Of a stretch of DNA of 64,000 nt, positions 37,197-47,324 are shown piece after piece. Origin of the DNA: an uncultured Nitrososphaerota archaeon (GTDB lineage Archaea; Thermoproteota; EX4484-205; JAAOZP01); NCBI GenBank assembly GCA_964616835.1, contig CAZTSG010000002.1:1900-65899 (forward strand), in the 5' to 3' direction. The translations under genes and the position numbers were made by a program. A model generated the notes under the pieces. It made no database searches. It was not told the origin of the DNA and was given only the letters and a program-made list of their open reading frames with translations. Each line of letters begins with the position of its first letter. Position 1 is the stretch's first letter.

Positions 37197-37269
37197 GTAA
37201 AAAATGTTTCGTTAAACCAGCGTTAAATATGGGAAAAACTTTTATTAAGACATCTTTTTATAGGGAAAA

Positions 37270-37854
37270 TCACATGAAATCTTTAATTATCTCACCAATT
37301 AGTTTCCAATCCTCTATCATTATGCTTAAAGCACGAGGATTATACAGAGCAGTCGCAGGATGGTAAGAAGTAACTATTTTAAGGCTTCCGTACGATAATG
37401 TGCTCACATTAAAAACCTTACCGTGAATCTGGCTCATCGACGCAAGCTTAAGGCTGAATTTTCTGAACAAAGTGGAAGTAGCAATATTGCCAAGCGTTAT
37501 GATCAGCCTCGGCTTTATAGACTGTATTTGAACGTTTAAATATGGGAAGCAGGCTTCCACCTCGTCTTCAGCAGGCTCCCTGTTTTTAGGAGGACGGCAT
37601 TTTACAACATTAGTTATATACACTTGGCTCCTTTCCAATCCCGCAGTCCTGAGAAGCGTTTCGTTAAGCAGCCTGCCAGCCTGGCCTACGAACGGCCTAC
37701 CCTCCTTGTCTTCGTTTAAACCAGGCGCCTCGCCGATGAGCATTACTTTAGCGTTTGAATCGCCTTCTCCGAACACTACGTTAGTCCTGCTCTTCCATAA
37801 TCTGCATCTCTTACATCTCATCGCCTCGTTCAAAGCCTTCTCGAGCTCGTTCAA
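37270..37854 (-). CDS. udg: Uracil-DNA glycosylase, family 4 (Fe-S type)
   Basis: CKRCRLW...GEAPG..ED..G.PFVG.AG..L...L (family 4 motif A GEAPG), [13 protein letters not shown]-terminal His region. Confidence 0.85.
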   Translation of the reverse strand: MNELEKALNEAMRCKRCRLWKSRTNVVFGEGDSNAKVMLIGEAPGLNEDKEGRPFVGQAGRLLNETLLRTAGLERSQVYITNVVKCRPPKNREPAEDEVEACFPYLNVQIQSIKPRLIITLGNIATSTLFRKFSLKLASMSQIHGKVFNVSTLSYGSLKIVTSYHPATALYNPRALSIMIEDWKLIGEIIKDFM

Positions 37855-37926
37855 CTCTTTACGAACAGTTTTAGATTAACGCTAATCCAAAAGCTTTACT
37901 CTTATCTTTCTAGTTTAAGCAGTGTT

Positions 37927-38448
37927 TCAAACCTGCTCCATCCCCTTTTTAACTATCAGAGTATATTCGACGAGCCTCTCACCCAATAGCCTGCACGCTT
38001 TCAACACTTCTTCTCTAGGCTTACCCACTGAAACAGCACCGTAGTGCAGCGTTACTCCTGGCGCGACATAGTCTGGAATACCAAATACAAGCATGCCGTA
38101 ATTCAACATTGTTAAGATTATTGAAAGACATGCAACTTCGTTGCCTCCGCCGAAACCACCTGAACTACTGAACGCTACACCAACCTTACCCCTCATCCTA
38201 CCCCATGCAGGCATGGCAACCTTGGTGAAAAGCGTATTCATTTTACTCGACATTGTCCCGCAATGCGTTGGGGTTCCGAAGGCAAACCCATCATTCTCAA
38301 AGAAATCTTCAGCAGTAACGTCATCAACCTTCTTTAAAACGACTTTAGCACCAGCCTTCTCCGCACCCTCTGCAACAGCCCTAGCCATTTCCTCAGTGTT
38401 CCCAGTATAACTATCGTATGCAACCAATATCTTTACTTCCTTCATCAT
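37927..38448 (-). CDS. Flavodoxin-like fold NAD(P)H:quinone oxidoreductase / FMN reductase (WrbA-like)
   Basis: KILVAYDSYTGNTEEMARAVAEGA... flavodoxin FMN-binding loop; 173 aa. Confidence 0.7.
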   Translation of the reverse strand: MMKEVKILVAYDSYTGNTEEMARAVAEGAEKAGAKVVLKKVDDVTAEDFFENDGFAFGTPTHCGTMSSKMNTLFTKVAMPAWGRMRGKVGVAFSSSGGFGGGNEVACLSIILTMLNYGMLVFGIPDYVAPGVTLHYGAVSVGKPREEVLKACRLLGERLVEYTLIVKKGMEQV

Positions 38449-38541
38449 GCCTGAGCACGCAAATAAATAGTCTTAAAGCTTTTTAATGTTTTTTCGCGTC
38501 AAGTTTAATAGTCGGATTCTAGATAAAAAATTCGATAAGAA

Positions 38542-39666
38542 ATGATTAGGGACCTTAGGGCGCAGGCCAAGGTTATGAATAGAGAAGAGGTTCTCAAGCA
38601 GCTTATCGAATTCAAACTGGAGCCAAAGTTTTCAGCAGGAATATGGTATTTCTCACCAGCTAGGTCAAGGTTCCACGACGATTATGGAAGAACGCTGAGC
38701 ATAGAAGAAAGGCTAGGAATAGTTCTTAAAATGTATGATGAGAAAACTATAGGGAGCGATTTCCGCATCGAAGCGCACTATCCTAATGAGATTAACGAAG
38801 ATAATGTTGACAAGTATAAGCAGGTTGAGAAAGAGACGGGGATAAAGGTGATAACAGTTATTCCGAATCTCTTCTACGATAAAATCTTCGAATTCGGCTC
38901 ATTATCCAACCCCGTTAAAGAGGTTAGGGACTTCGCTATCGATAGAACTATTAAAGCACTTAAGATGAACAGGGAGCTTGACACGCATTTCATGGTGGTC
39001 TGGCCGGGGATCGACGGATATGAGAATCCTTTCGGCACCGACTTTTACGGCATGTGGGAGAGATTTGAAACAGGTTTAGCGCAGGCAATGGACGAGGTTC
39101 CAGGAGTAAGGGTGGCGATAGAGCCTAAACCCTACGAGCCAAGGGGAAACAACATTTACAGAAACACTGCAAACGGTATTCTAATGGCTCGAAACGTTGA
39201 GAAGCTCTTGAAATCCAGCGAGAACAAGAGGTTGCTTGAGCAGGGTCATGCAATGGTCGGCTTAAACCCGGAGGTTGGACACGTGTTAATGGGGCACGAA
39301 GAGCTTGCGTACGCTTTCGCTTCAATACTTAGAGAGGGTAGGCTAGCGCATACGCATTGGAACAGCCAGCCTCTTGGAAACTATGATCAGGATCTTAACG
39401 TTGGAGTATTGGCTTTAGACCAGCTTTACGCAGCACTATTCGTACTGAAAATGCACGGCTATAAGGAGTATTTCGGAATAGACATAAATCCTGAAAGGAT
39501 GCCGGTTGACGTTGCTCTAAAGCTTAACATGAGGGCTATGAGAGCTGCATGTAAAAGACTCAACAACATAAGCTATGAGGATTACAGCAGAATCGTAGAC
39601 GCAATGTTCAGCCCAGATAAGAACCGTGGGGTAATAGAAGAAGTGTTCACGAAATCTTTCGAATAG
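38542..39666 (+). CDS. Xylose isomerase-like protein (divergent XylA-type sugar isomerase; TIM barrel)
   Basis: Motif-by-motif correspondence to XylA: VVWPGIDGY~VFWGGREGY; AIEPKPYEP~IEPKPKEP; GLNPEVGHVLMGHEE~LNIEANHATLAGH; HWNSQPLGNYDQDLNVG~GSIDANRGDPQNGWDTDQF. Metal-ligand positions appear conserved. Confidence 0.6.
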   Translation: MIRDLRAQAKVMNREEVLKQLIEFKLEPKFSAGIWYFSPARSRFHDDYGRTLSIEERLGIVLKMYDEKTIGSDFRIEAHYPNEINEDNVDKYKQVEKETGIKVITVIPNLFYDKIFEFGSLSNPVKEVRDFAIDRTIKALKMNRELDTHFMVVWPGIDGYENPFGTDFYGMWERFETGLAQAMDEVPGVRVAIEPKPYEPRGNNIYRNTANGILMARNVEKLLKSSENKRLLEQGHAMVGLNPEVGHVLMGHEELAYAFASILREGRLAHTHWNSQPLGNYDQDLNVGVLALDQLYAALFVLKMHGYKEYFGIDINPERMPVDVALKLNMRAMRAACKRLNNISYEDYSRIVDAMFSPDKNRGVIEEVFTKSFE

Positions 39667-39789
39667 TTTAAACCTTGTTTTTCCCAATTTTTCTCCCAAT
39701 TAACTGGTCAGTATTTAAGCTATCGATTTTTGTCATAGACGAAACTTACAAATACTTAACTCAAAAAAGACGTTTCTGGTCTTTAGTTA

Positions 39790-41862
39790 TTGAAAGAATT
39801 CATAAGAATAGAACGCGGCAAATGGATTCTAATAATACTGGCTTCAGTATTCGTAATTGTTTCGACACCGCTGTTTAAAATAGAACGGTGTGAAGCCGAT
39901 TTAGAATCGGAAAAATCAGCCTTTCTGACTCTGATAAACCAGTATAGGCAACAAAACGGTCTCCCACCCCTTTCCGTTTCCAATGCTCTCACAATCGCGG
40001 CACAGAGGCATAGTGAAGACATGGCCCGGAGAAACTACTTTTCCCATACAACCCCTGAGGGAAAGACTTTCGTAGATAGGATAAGGGAAGCAGGTTATAC
40101 TTATAACACTTGCCTCGGCGAAAACATTGCTGCAGGCTTCAGCACAGCTCAAAGCGTTTTTGAGGCTTGGAAGAATTCTCCTGGACACAATCAAAATATG
40201 CTCAACCCCTGTTTCAAAGTAATAGGTATAGGTTTAGCATATGAGGCAGGCTCAACCTATAAGTGGTATTGGACGACAGACTTTGGAGGATATGATGACT
40301 CTGGTTCTGGGGGAGGGGGCGGCGGAGGGGGAGGAGGCTACACGCCAAGCAATAATCCTCCCTATAGGCCTGCGAAACCATCTGGACCAGCCTTCGGGCA
40401 TATTGATGAGAACCATACTTTCACCACCTATTCTGAAGACCCTGATGGAGACCAGCTCATGTATATTTTCGACTGGGGAGATGGTACTACTTCAACAACA
40501 AGGTATGTTGATTCCGGAACCCAGATAAGCCTGACCCACTCGTGGTCTAAGCCTGGAGAATACAGTGTTAGAGTTATGGCTAAAGATAAACGTGGCGCCA
40601 GCTCTCCATGGTCACCTACTACGATAGTGAAAATAATAGTTCCCAAGTTGAAAATAAATCTGTCATCTAATATCCCTGGAGTTGAAATAATCGTAGACGG
40701 CGTTAAATACTCTACTTCAAATACTTTCGAATGGCTTAAGAAAACAGTGCACAACGTAAGCGTGCCGAAAACTATTGAATTCATGGAAGGTGGGAGATAC
40801 TTCTTTAAAGGATGGAGTGATGGTGTTGAAAACAATACCAGGGTCATAACAGTAAGGGAAAACATGTTTCTGACAGCAATCTACGAAGTCCAGTACTTGT
40901 TTACATTCAAGACGTACCTGGATAATTTGACTTCAAACTGGTATCCGAATGGAACAGTATTAAATCTTTCAGTGGAACCATTTATTTACTTAAAGTTTGG
41001 TGAGAGGCTTGCTTTCAAAAAGTGGTCTAACAATATTACAAACACAAATATAGAAATAGTTGTGGATAAGCCGGGATTTATCGAAGCATTATGGTGTAAA
41101 CAATACTTGCTTAAAGTAGATTCTCCCTACGGTACTGTGCATGGAGGCGGATGGTATGATGAGAACTCTACAGCTTTTTTAAGAATAAATTCTAGCGTCG
41201 TAGAGTTAGGAAACGGCACTAGGAGGGTTTTCGAAGCATGGGTTGGCGAGGGGGAAGGAAGCTATTCTGGCACGGAGACGAATTTAACAATAATTGTTAG
41301 AAACCAGATTAATGAGACAGCCATATGGAGGACAGAATATCTGGTAAACGTTGAAACAGAGCATGGAAAGCCTTCGGGAGCAGGATGGTATAATGTTTCC
41401 TCAATAGCAAGCGTATTCTTAGAACCTGTGGTTTATGATTCTCCAGTCGTACGCTATGTTTTCCAAGGCTGGGAGGAAATCTTAGTGGAAGACAGTAACA
41501 ACATCACTATTAAAGTAGAGTCACCAGTGTTTTTAAAAGCCGTTTGGAAGACAGAGTATTATCTTAATGTAAGCTCTGAATACGGTGAAGCTTGGGGAAG
41601 CGGATGGTACTCAAGCAACTCCTGCGCTTCCTTCGGAGTTAAACCGCCTTCTTTCCACATAATACCGTATGTTTTTGAAGGATGGGAAGGAGATTCCTAC
41701 TCTAGAGACCTGAATGCAACAATCATCATAGACAAGCCCAAGAAAGTTCTTGCGAAATGGCGTAGAGACTATACGTGGGTAGTCTTGATCGCAATAATTC
41801 TCGTTGTTGCAACAATTATCGCACACTATCTGAAAAGGAGGAAGAGAGAAAAGAAAAGCTAG
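39790..41862 (+). CDS. Cell-surface protein: signal peptide, CAP/SCP/PR-1 domain, poly-Gly linker, PKD-like domain, four InlB-B-repeat-like domains, C-terminal TM anchor + RRKREKK
   Basis: CAP motifs HTQVVW-like (GHNQNMLNP...WYWTTDFGG), G10 linker, DPDGDQLMYIFDWGDGTTS (PKD), repeats with Y-x-L-x-V..G.GWY....A.F...P..GY.F.GWEG pattern, C-terminus VVLIAIILVVATIIAHYLKRRKREKKS. Confidence 0.7.
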   Translation: MKEFIRIERGKWILIILASVFVIVSTPLFKIERCEADLESEKSAFLTLINQYRQQNGLPPLSVSNALTIAAQRHSEDMARRNYFSHTTPEGKTFVDRIREAGYTYNTCLGENIAAGFSTAQSVFEAWKNSPGHNQNMLNPCFKVIGIGLAYEAGSTYKWYWTTDFGGYDDSGSGGGGGGGGGGYTPSNNPPYRPAKPSGPAFGHIDENHTFTTYSEDPDGDQLMYIFDWGDGTTSTTRYVDSGTQISLTHSWSKPGEYSVRVMAKDKRGASSPWSPTTIVKIIVPKLKINLSSNIPGVEIIVDGVKYSTSNTFEWLKKTVHNVSVPKTIEFMEGGRYFFKGWSDGVENNTRVITVRENMFLTAIYEVQYLFTFKTYLDNLTSNWYPNGTVLNLSVEPFIYLKFGERLAFKKWSNNITNTNIEIVVDKPGFIEALWCKQYLLKVDSPYGTVHGGGWYDENSTAFLRINSSVVELGNGTRRVFEAWVGEGEGSYSGTETNLTIIVRNQINETAIWRTEYLVNVETEHGKPSGAGWYNVSSIASVFLEPVVYDSPVVRYVFQGWEEILVEDSNNITIKVESPVFLKAVWKTEYYLNVSSEYGEAWGSGWYSSNSCASFGVKPPSFHIIPYVFEGWEGDSYSRDLNATIIIDKPKKVLAKWRRDYTWVVLIAIILVVATIIAHYLKRRKREKKS

Positions 41863-41865
41863 TTT

Positions 41866-43176
41866 TCATCTACATATTACACCGTTTATTCTCAAGTATG
41901 GAGCTCCCTCAGATATTGCAAAGCCTTTTTCATAAGAGGGCCTTAACTGGACGGAAGAACCTATAGCGTCTATTCTGCTGATGTCTCTAATACTACAGAT
42001 TATTTTCAAGTTCTTTATAGGCATTATCAACTCCTTGTTTTTCAAAACATATGCTATTTCCGGTTCTATTTCGATCCTTCCCTCGTCGATTCTACACTCA
42101 GCCCTAACCAAGCCTTCAGCATAAACACCGTTCTGAGTGTCCGCGAAAATCTCCTCTCTACTCCAGTCAGAAGGATGTATGTATATGTTGCTAACCATCG
42201 GCCTCGGCTTATTCAGTACCCCCCGAGCGTTCCCAGCATCCGAATCTTTCTTCGCAGTTAATCTCGTATGTAAAAGGTTAATGCCTTCTTTGCCGAGCAG
42301 TGTTTTCTCTCTAGAACGGATGCCCTCGTCATCCCAGTAGAATGAGCCGTAGGCACCCTCCAAAAGAGGATTGTCGACAAGCCTGATCCCATAATTCAAG
42401 CCTTTAAAGAAACGCTCTTGATACACGTCTGCCTCCAGGAAGTGTGCTATCTCGTGCGCGAGACCGCCCGCAGCCTCAGGGTCTAGAATAACTTTAAACC
42501 TTCCAGTGAGATAAGGGTATGAAAAATGGAGGGAGATCGAGGGCTTAGCCCTTGTAGAATCGCTTGCCCTCTTAACTAGGCATTCCAGTATTTCCTCCCA
42601 CTGCTGGCTTCTCAACACCTCCAGACCGCCCATGCCTCCGATTATCTTGCTTGCGAAGCCTACAGACAATCCTTTTGAAAGAATGTAGATTGCGAGGTCT
42701 GTCAACGGGATTTTCTCACGTACTTCAGTGCCTTCAGATGTTACGAGTGTAGAATCAATCCTATAATGCGATGCAACAAGCTCTGTTCTAACACGAATAC
42801 TCATTCTTGACTTTATCTCCCTATCGATGGACTTTAGGAAACCTAGAACTTTTTCAACTTCGAACTCTTCGACAATAGAATGCTCTACAAAACCTTTCTC
42901 AGGAGGCACGTTCACGAGTTCAACTGGTTGACTGCATAGTCTCGCGTTTCTTAACGCCAATAGTGCCGTACGCTCTATAGAGGACATATCCAATTTATCG
43001 GTGCTGGCCACACCATACCCTCTTGATACGACTCTACATACAATACGAGACCACTCTTCCTCAAAGCAGTCTGAAGAATCTGTTCTCAGAGCAACTTGTA
43101 TAATCCTCTGTTTCAGAATCCTTACATCCGAATATCTTGCGGGAACCTTATCTAGTATTTTTGAGAATTCTTGCAT
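41866..43176 (-). CDS. TldD/PmbA family metallopeptidase (peptidase U62)
   Basis: 436 aa; ...GGLAHEIAHFLEAD... HExxxH-like motif region and GxC C-terminal pattern typical of TldD/PmbA. Confidence 0.8.
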   Translation of the reverse strand: MQEFSKILDKVPARYSDVRILKQRIIQVALRTDSSDCFEEEWSRIVCRVVSRGYGVASTDKLDMSSIERTALLALRNARLCSQPVELVNVPPEKGFVEHSIVEEFEVEKVLGFLKSIDREIKSRMSIRVRTELVASHYRIDSTLVTSEGTEVREKIPLTDLAIYILSKGLSVGFASKIIGGMGGLEVLRSQQWEEILECLVKRASDSTRAKPSISLHFSYPYLTGRFKVILDPEAAGGLAHEIAHFLEADVYQERFFKGLNYGIRLVDNPLLEGAYGSFYWDDEGIRSREKTLLGKEGINLLHTRLTAKKDSDAGNARGVLNKPRPMVSNIYIHPSDWSREEIFADTQNGVYAEGLVRAECRIDEGRIEIEPEIAYVLKNKELIMPIKNLKIICSIRDISRIDAIGSSVQLRPSYEKGFAISEGAPYLRINGVICR

Positions 43177-43265
43177 CGATGCTATTTGAAAAAAGGAGGG
43201 TCAATAATTTTTCGCTGAGGAAAGCTTATCCTTTAAAAATAATAAGGGATTCTTGTAGAGCAAAT

Positions 43266-44807
43266 TTACGAAACATGCTTATCGAGATAACTCCTGTGTA
43301 TTTTGAAGGATTCTCTAAGGCTCTTGCTAACAAAATTATGAAGCTCCTGAAGCTCCTTATAGATCTCAACATTAGAAGCCTTAGGGCTGAGCCTAGTGCT
43401 CTCATCCAGTTGCACAAACCTGTCGCATATCTCGCCGATACTTGTCTTAGAGCCGATGTGATTGAGATAACACCACATTGCCTGTAATGCTGCACCATAA
43501 GCAGCACCCTCGTCAACCTTTATACAAACTACTTCAGTATTGAAAATGTCTGCAGCTATTTGTCTCCAAGCCCTATTCTTAGATCCCCCGCCGGTCAGCC
43601 TTATCTCCTTAGGCTTTATACCGAGTTCCCTCATCCTGTTTAAACCATAATTCATACCTAGCGTAACCCCCTCCATTGCCGACCTAGCAATATTCTGCTT
43701 GTTGAAAGTCTTACTGTTTAAACCGTAGAACACGCCTGTACCCTCTGGAACGTTCGGAGTCCTTTCGCCTTCAAAATAAGGAATTAACAGGAGCCCGTTC
43801 GCACCCACTGGAGCTTCTTCAACAGCTCTTGTTAAATCATCATACGTCATGTTGAAGAGCTCTCTTACGTATTCCGTTGCAACGGTAACGTTCATAGTGC
43901 ACAGTAGGGGGAGCCAAGCGTTCGTAGAATCGCAGAAAGCAGCTATCTCTCCCTTAGGATCTACGACAGGCGTTTCAGAGTAAGCGTATATTGTTCCAGA
44001 GGTACCGAAGCTCGCTGTAACAATGCCCTCCCTGATGTTTCCTGTTCCGATAGCACCCATCATATTGTCGCCTCCGCCGGCGCTAATTATAACGTCATCT
44101 CTGAATCCGAATTCTTCAGCGATTTCCTTCCTAATCACTCCAGCAGGCTTGTCGGAGCCTTGAAGAGGAGGCAATTTGCTCTCCAGCTCGGGGTCGATCG
44201 CGTCTATAACCTTCTTACACCACACTCTCCTCCTAACATCCATTATTGCTGTACCTGAAGCATCCCCATACTCCATAACCATGTTGCCAGTTAAATAATA
44301 GTTCAAGTAATCGTGCGGGAGAAGAACGTGCTTGAGCCTCGCGTAGTTCTTAGGCTCGTTCCTCTTAAGCCACAGTATTTTCGGAGCAGTGTATCCTGGT
44401 AGAAAGGGATTTCCTATTAGCCTTATGACCTTCCCCATGCCTCCGAGTTTCCTAGTTAAATACTTGCATTCCCTAGCGGTACTAGTATCGTTCCAGAGCT
44501 TCGCAGGCCTTATTACCCTACCCTTCTCGTCGAGCGATACAAAACCATGTTGCTGTCCCGATACGCCGATTGCCCTAATGCTTCGAGGATCCGCTCCAGA
44601 CTTGGACAGTGCCTCTCTAACCGTTTTTCGGAACGCGTCTATCCAAACCTGCGGATCCTGCTCCTTATGGCCCGGGGGAAGCCCCTCTATGAGCCCGTAG
44701 TTTTCAACAGACTTGCCGATTACAGAGCCCGTTTCGCCATCTACAATCAGAGTCTTCATGCTTTGCGTGCCAACATCTACCCCAATGAAACATGTGTTCT
44801 TGTTCAA
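43266..44807 (-). CDS. FGGY-family carbohydrate kinase (xylulokinase-like)
   Basis: N-terminal FIGVDVGTQSMKTLIV (ATPase fold phosphate-1), GTSGT..., C-terminal LTGGGSKN motif; 513 aa. Confidence 0.8.
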   Translation of the reverse strand: MNKNTCFIGVDVGTQSMKTLIVDGETGSVIGKSVENYGLIEGLPPGHKEQDPQVWIDAFRKTVREALSKSGADPRSIRAIGVSGQQHGFVSLDEKGRVIRPAKLWNDTSTARECKYLTRKLGGMGKVIRLIGNPFLPGYTAPKILWLKRNEPKNYARLKHVLLPHDYLNYYLTGNMVMEYGDASGTAIMDVRRRVWCKKVIDAIDPELESKLPPLQGSDKPAGVIRKEIAEEFGFRDDVIISAGGGDNMMGAIGTGNIREGIVTASFGTSGTIYAYSETPVVDPKGEIAAFCDSTNAWLPLLCTMNVTVATEYVRELFNMTYDDLTRAVEEAPVGANGLLLIPYFEGERTPNVPEGTGVFYGLNSKTFNKQNIARSAMEGVTLGMNYGLNRMRELGIKPKEIRLTGGGSKNRAWRQIAADIFNTEVVCIKVDEGAAYGAALQAMWCYLNHIGSKTSIGEICDRFVQLDESTRLSPKASNVEIYKELQELHNFVSKSLRESFKIHRSYLDKHVS

Positions 44808-44927
44808 TCTTTCTTTTTCAGAAAGATGGTGGAACGAAAATATTTAAGGCTTATTGAGACTCAACGATGTTCGAAAGAAACACTTTCCTAGGTAGTAGTA
44901 AACTAGCATTTATATATTTCCTTACTT

Positions 44928-45896
44928 ATGCTGTTCGACATGCCGATAATAGATTTCCCTTTAGAACAACTCAAGGTTTACAAGCCTCCGTTAACTAGGA
45001 GGAGCGATTTCAAAAGCTTCTGGGACGAGAACGTAAAGCTTGCAGGCGAACAGCTCCTTAATCCTGTTTTAAAAAGGATGGAATACCCTGTCAGAAAGCT
45101 GGAGGCATACTTGCTTTCTTTCGAGGGCTTTATAGACAAGACTCCGATAACCTCTTGGTTTCTGAAACCCGTGGGCAAGGGGCCGTTTCCAGCGCTCCTC
45201 ATACCCCATGGCTACGGCTGGCACAGGGGCACGGTCTCCGACTATCTTGGTTGGGTTTTCCAAGACATTGTTGTTCTCGCAATCGACATTAGGGGGCAGT
45301 TCGGAGACACACCTGATTTCGCAAAGTATCCTTCTGGAAGCATAACCGGCTATATGACCAAGGGCATACTGGATAAAAACACTTATTACTACAGGTATGT
45401 CTACATGGATTGTCTCCGCGCGCTCAAAGTTCTCTACCAAATGGATTGCGTCGACGAGGATAGAGTTGGAGTAACCGGCGCCAGCCAAGGGGGAGGCTTA
45501 ACCCTAGTAGTCTCTGCGCTTGAGAGGAAAATCGCATTATCATTACCAGAAATACCTTTTCTATGCCATTTTGAGAGGGCTGTTGAGGTTGCGGCCTCAG
45601 ATCCCTATTTGGAGATACCTCGCTACCTTAAAATGCACCCCGACAAGACTGAAAAGGTTTTCGAAACACTCTCTTATTTCGACGCTATGAATTTCGCTCC
45701 AGACGTTAACTGCCCAATCCTCATGTCTGTAGGTTTAGTTGATACTGTATGCCCGCCCTCAACGATTTTCGCAACGTTCAACCATCTAGCTTCCAAAACT
45801 AAGGAGCTAGCAATATATCCTGGAATGGGCCACGAATGCGTGAGCGTTCACAGAGAGAAAATGATAGAATGGGTTTCAAAACACCTTTTGCAATAA
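44928..45896 (+). CDS. Acetyl-xylan esterase / cephalosporin-C deacetylase (carbohydrate esterase family 7)
   Basis: AXE1 N-terminal FDMPIIDFPLEQLKVYKP..., nucleophile GASQGGG (GxSQG), catalytic Asp/His region near ...GMGHEC. Confidence 0.85.
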   Translation: MLFDMPIIDFPLEQLKVYKPPLTRRSDFKSFWDENVKLAGEQLLNPVLKRMEYPVRKLEAYLLSFEGFIDKTPITSWFLKPVGKGPFPALLIPHGYGWHRGTVSDYLGWVFQDIVVLAIDIRGQFGDTPDFAKYPSGSITGYMTKGILDKNTYYYRYVYMDCLRALKVLYQMDCVDEDRVGVTGASQGGGLTLVVSALERKIALSLPEIPFLCHFERAVEVAASDPYLEIPRYLKMHPDKTEKVFETLSYFDAMNFAPDVNCPILMSVGLVDTVCPPSTIFATFNHLASKTKELAIYPGMGHECVSVHREKMIEWVSKHLLQ

Positions 45897-45945
45897 TGTT
45901 TTTTATAAAAACTTAAAAGAAGCCTTCTACCATCACTCTGTTGAA

Positions 45946-46230
45946 ATGATTTCGAAAGTCCCGATTTATTTAGAGAAGGTCGGGAAGGAAGAGGTTAATA
46001 AGGAGATACTTCGAGCAGCAATAATTGCTGAACTCGACGCAATAAATCTTTACGAGCAGCTTGCTCAGGCAACTGACGATGAAGAAATTAAAAAGATTCT
46101 GATGGATATAGCGAAAGAGGAGAAGACTCATGTAGGAGAGTTTCAAACCCTCCTTCTGAAGAGAGATAGGGAACAAGCTTCCGAATTGGAGGAAGGCAGG
46201 AAAGAAGTCGAAGAGAAAATCGGTAAATAA
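45946..46230 (+). CDS. Small ferritin-like two-helix protein (rubrerythrin/EncFtn-like diiron half-site) with Glu-rich tail
   Basis: AELDAINLYEQ (first Glu ligand helix) and IAKEEKTHVGEF (E-x-x-H motif); 94 aa. Confidence 0.5.
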   Translation: MISKVPIYLEKVGKEEVNKEILRAAIIAELDAINLYEQLAQATDDEEIKKILMDIAKEEKTHVGEFQTLLLKRDREQASELEEGRKEVEEKIGK

Positions 46231-46346
46231 CCTAACTGTAAAGGAATCGATCGCAACCTCATACTCGAAGAGAGCACATTAGGGGGAAATATTTACATTT
46301 TAAAAGACTTAATAAACCGTTAACTGTTTAAAAACTTAGAAAAAAG

Positions 46347-47324
46347 ATGAAGGTTTCGCTGATTCCCAGAGCCTGCGTTGAAAAAAGCATCTCCATGAGA
46401 GAAGTCATGGATGCTGTGGAAGACGCTTTTCGAGCTAAGGGATTAGGAAGGGTGCAAATGCCAACTAAAACGTACATTGTTTTCCCGAATGGGGATTTTA
46501 GGACGATGTCTTCGTACATGCCTGATCTTAAAATGTCATGTGTTAAAATTGTAAACGTGCATCCTAATAATCCTAGTAAGCATGGTCTACCCACCGTCAT
46601 GGCTACGATAGTTCTTATAGATCCTGAAACCGGAAGGCCCTTAGCAATAATGGATGGGACACACATCACCAATATGAGGACAGGGGCTGCTGGCGGGATA
46701 GCTGCCAAATACCTTGCTAGAAAAGATTCTAAAGTGATCGGAATGGTCGGAGCAGGGGCACAGGCTAGGACTCAGCTTCTAGCGCTAAACGAGGTTTTCA
46801 AGATTGAAGAGGTCAGAGTTTGCGCAAGAACAATTGCTGAGTGTGAAAAATTTTTAAGAGATATGGAATACCTTAGTCTAAAAATTTTTATTAAGAACAG
46901 TGTGAAAGAGGCTGTAGAAGGTTGTGACATTCTAGTCACAACAACGCCAGTAACTCAGCCAATAGTTAGGAGCGAATGGGTTACCCAGGGCATGCATATT
47001 AACGCCATAGGAGCCGATGCACCTGGCAAAGAAGAGCTTGATCCTGAGATACTAAGAAGATCAAAGGTAGTTGTAGATGATTATGAGCAGGCATGCCACT
47101 ACGGCGAGCTGAATGTTCCATTTTCAAAAGGAATTTTCAGGCGCGAGCAAATATATGCTGAACTTGGTGAGATCATAGCTGGGAAGAAGACAGGAAGAAC
47201 AAGTGATGAGGAAATAACAGTTTTCGACTCTACTGGTCTAGCAATACAGGACTTGGTTACAGCAACCTTGGTCTACGAGAAGACTAAAAAACTTGGGCTT
47301 ATTAACGAGATTGAGCTGCTCTAG
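46347..47324 (+). CDS. Ornithine cyclodeaminase / mu-crystallin family enzyme (archaeal alanine-dehydrogenase-like)
   Basis: GMVGAGAQAR Rossmann motif, OCD-family N- and C-terminal regions; start may be the internal MREVMDAV. Confidence 0.8.
   Translation: MKVSLIPRACVEKSISMREVMDAVEDAFRAKGLGRVQMPTKTYIVFPNGDFRTMSSYMPDLKMSCVKIVNVHPNNPSKHGLPTVMATIVLIDPETGRPLAIMDGTHITNMRTGAAGGIAAKYLARKDSKVIGMVGAGAQARTQLLALNEVFKIEEVRVCARTIAECEKFLRDMEYLSLKIFIKNSVKEAVEGCDILVTTTPVTQPIVRSEWVTQGMHINAIGADAPGKEELDPEILRRSKVVVDDYEQACHYGELNVPFSKGIFRREQIYAELGEIIAGKKTGRTSDEEITVFDSTGLAIQDLVTATLVYEKTKKLGLINEIELL

Noticed and set aside
43137-43516. ORFs 43137-43487(+) and 43226-43516(-) near the xylulokinase 3' end
   Set aside because: Overlap the well-supported FGGY kinase C-terminus (43266-44807) or the 90-bp spacer; no motifs; treated as shadows.
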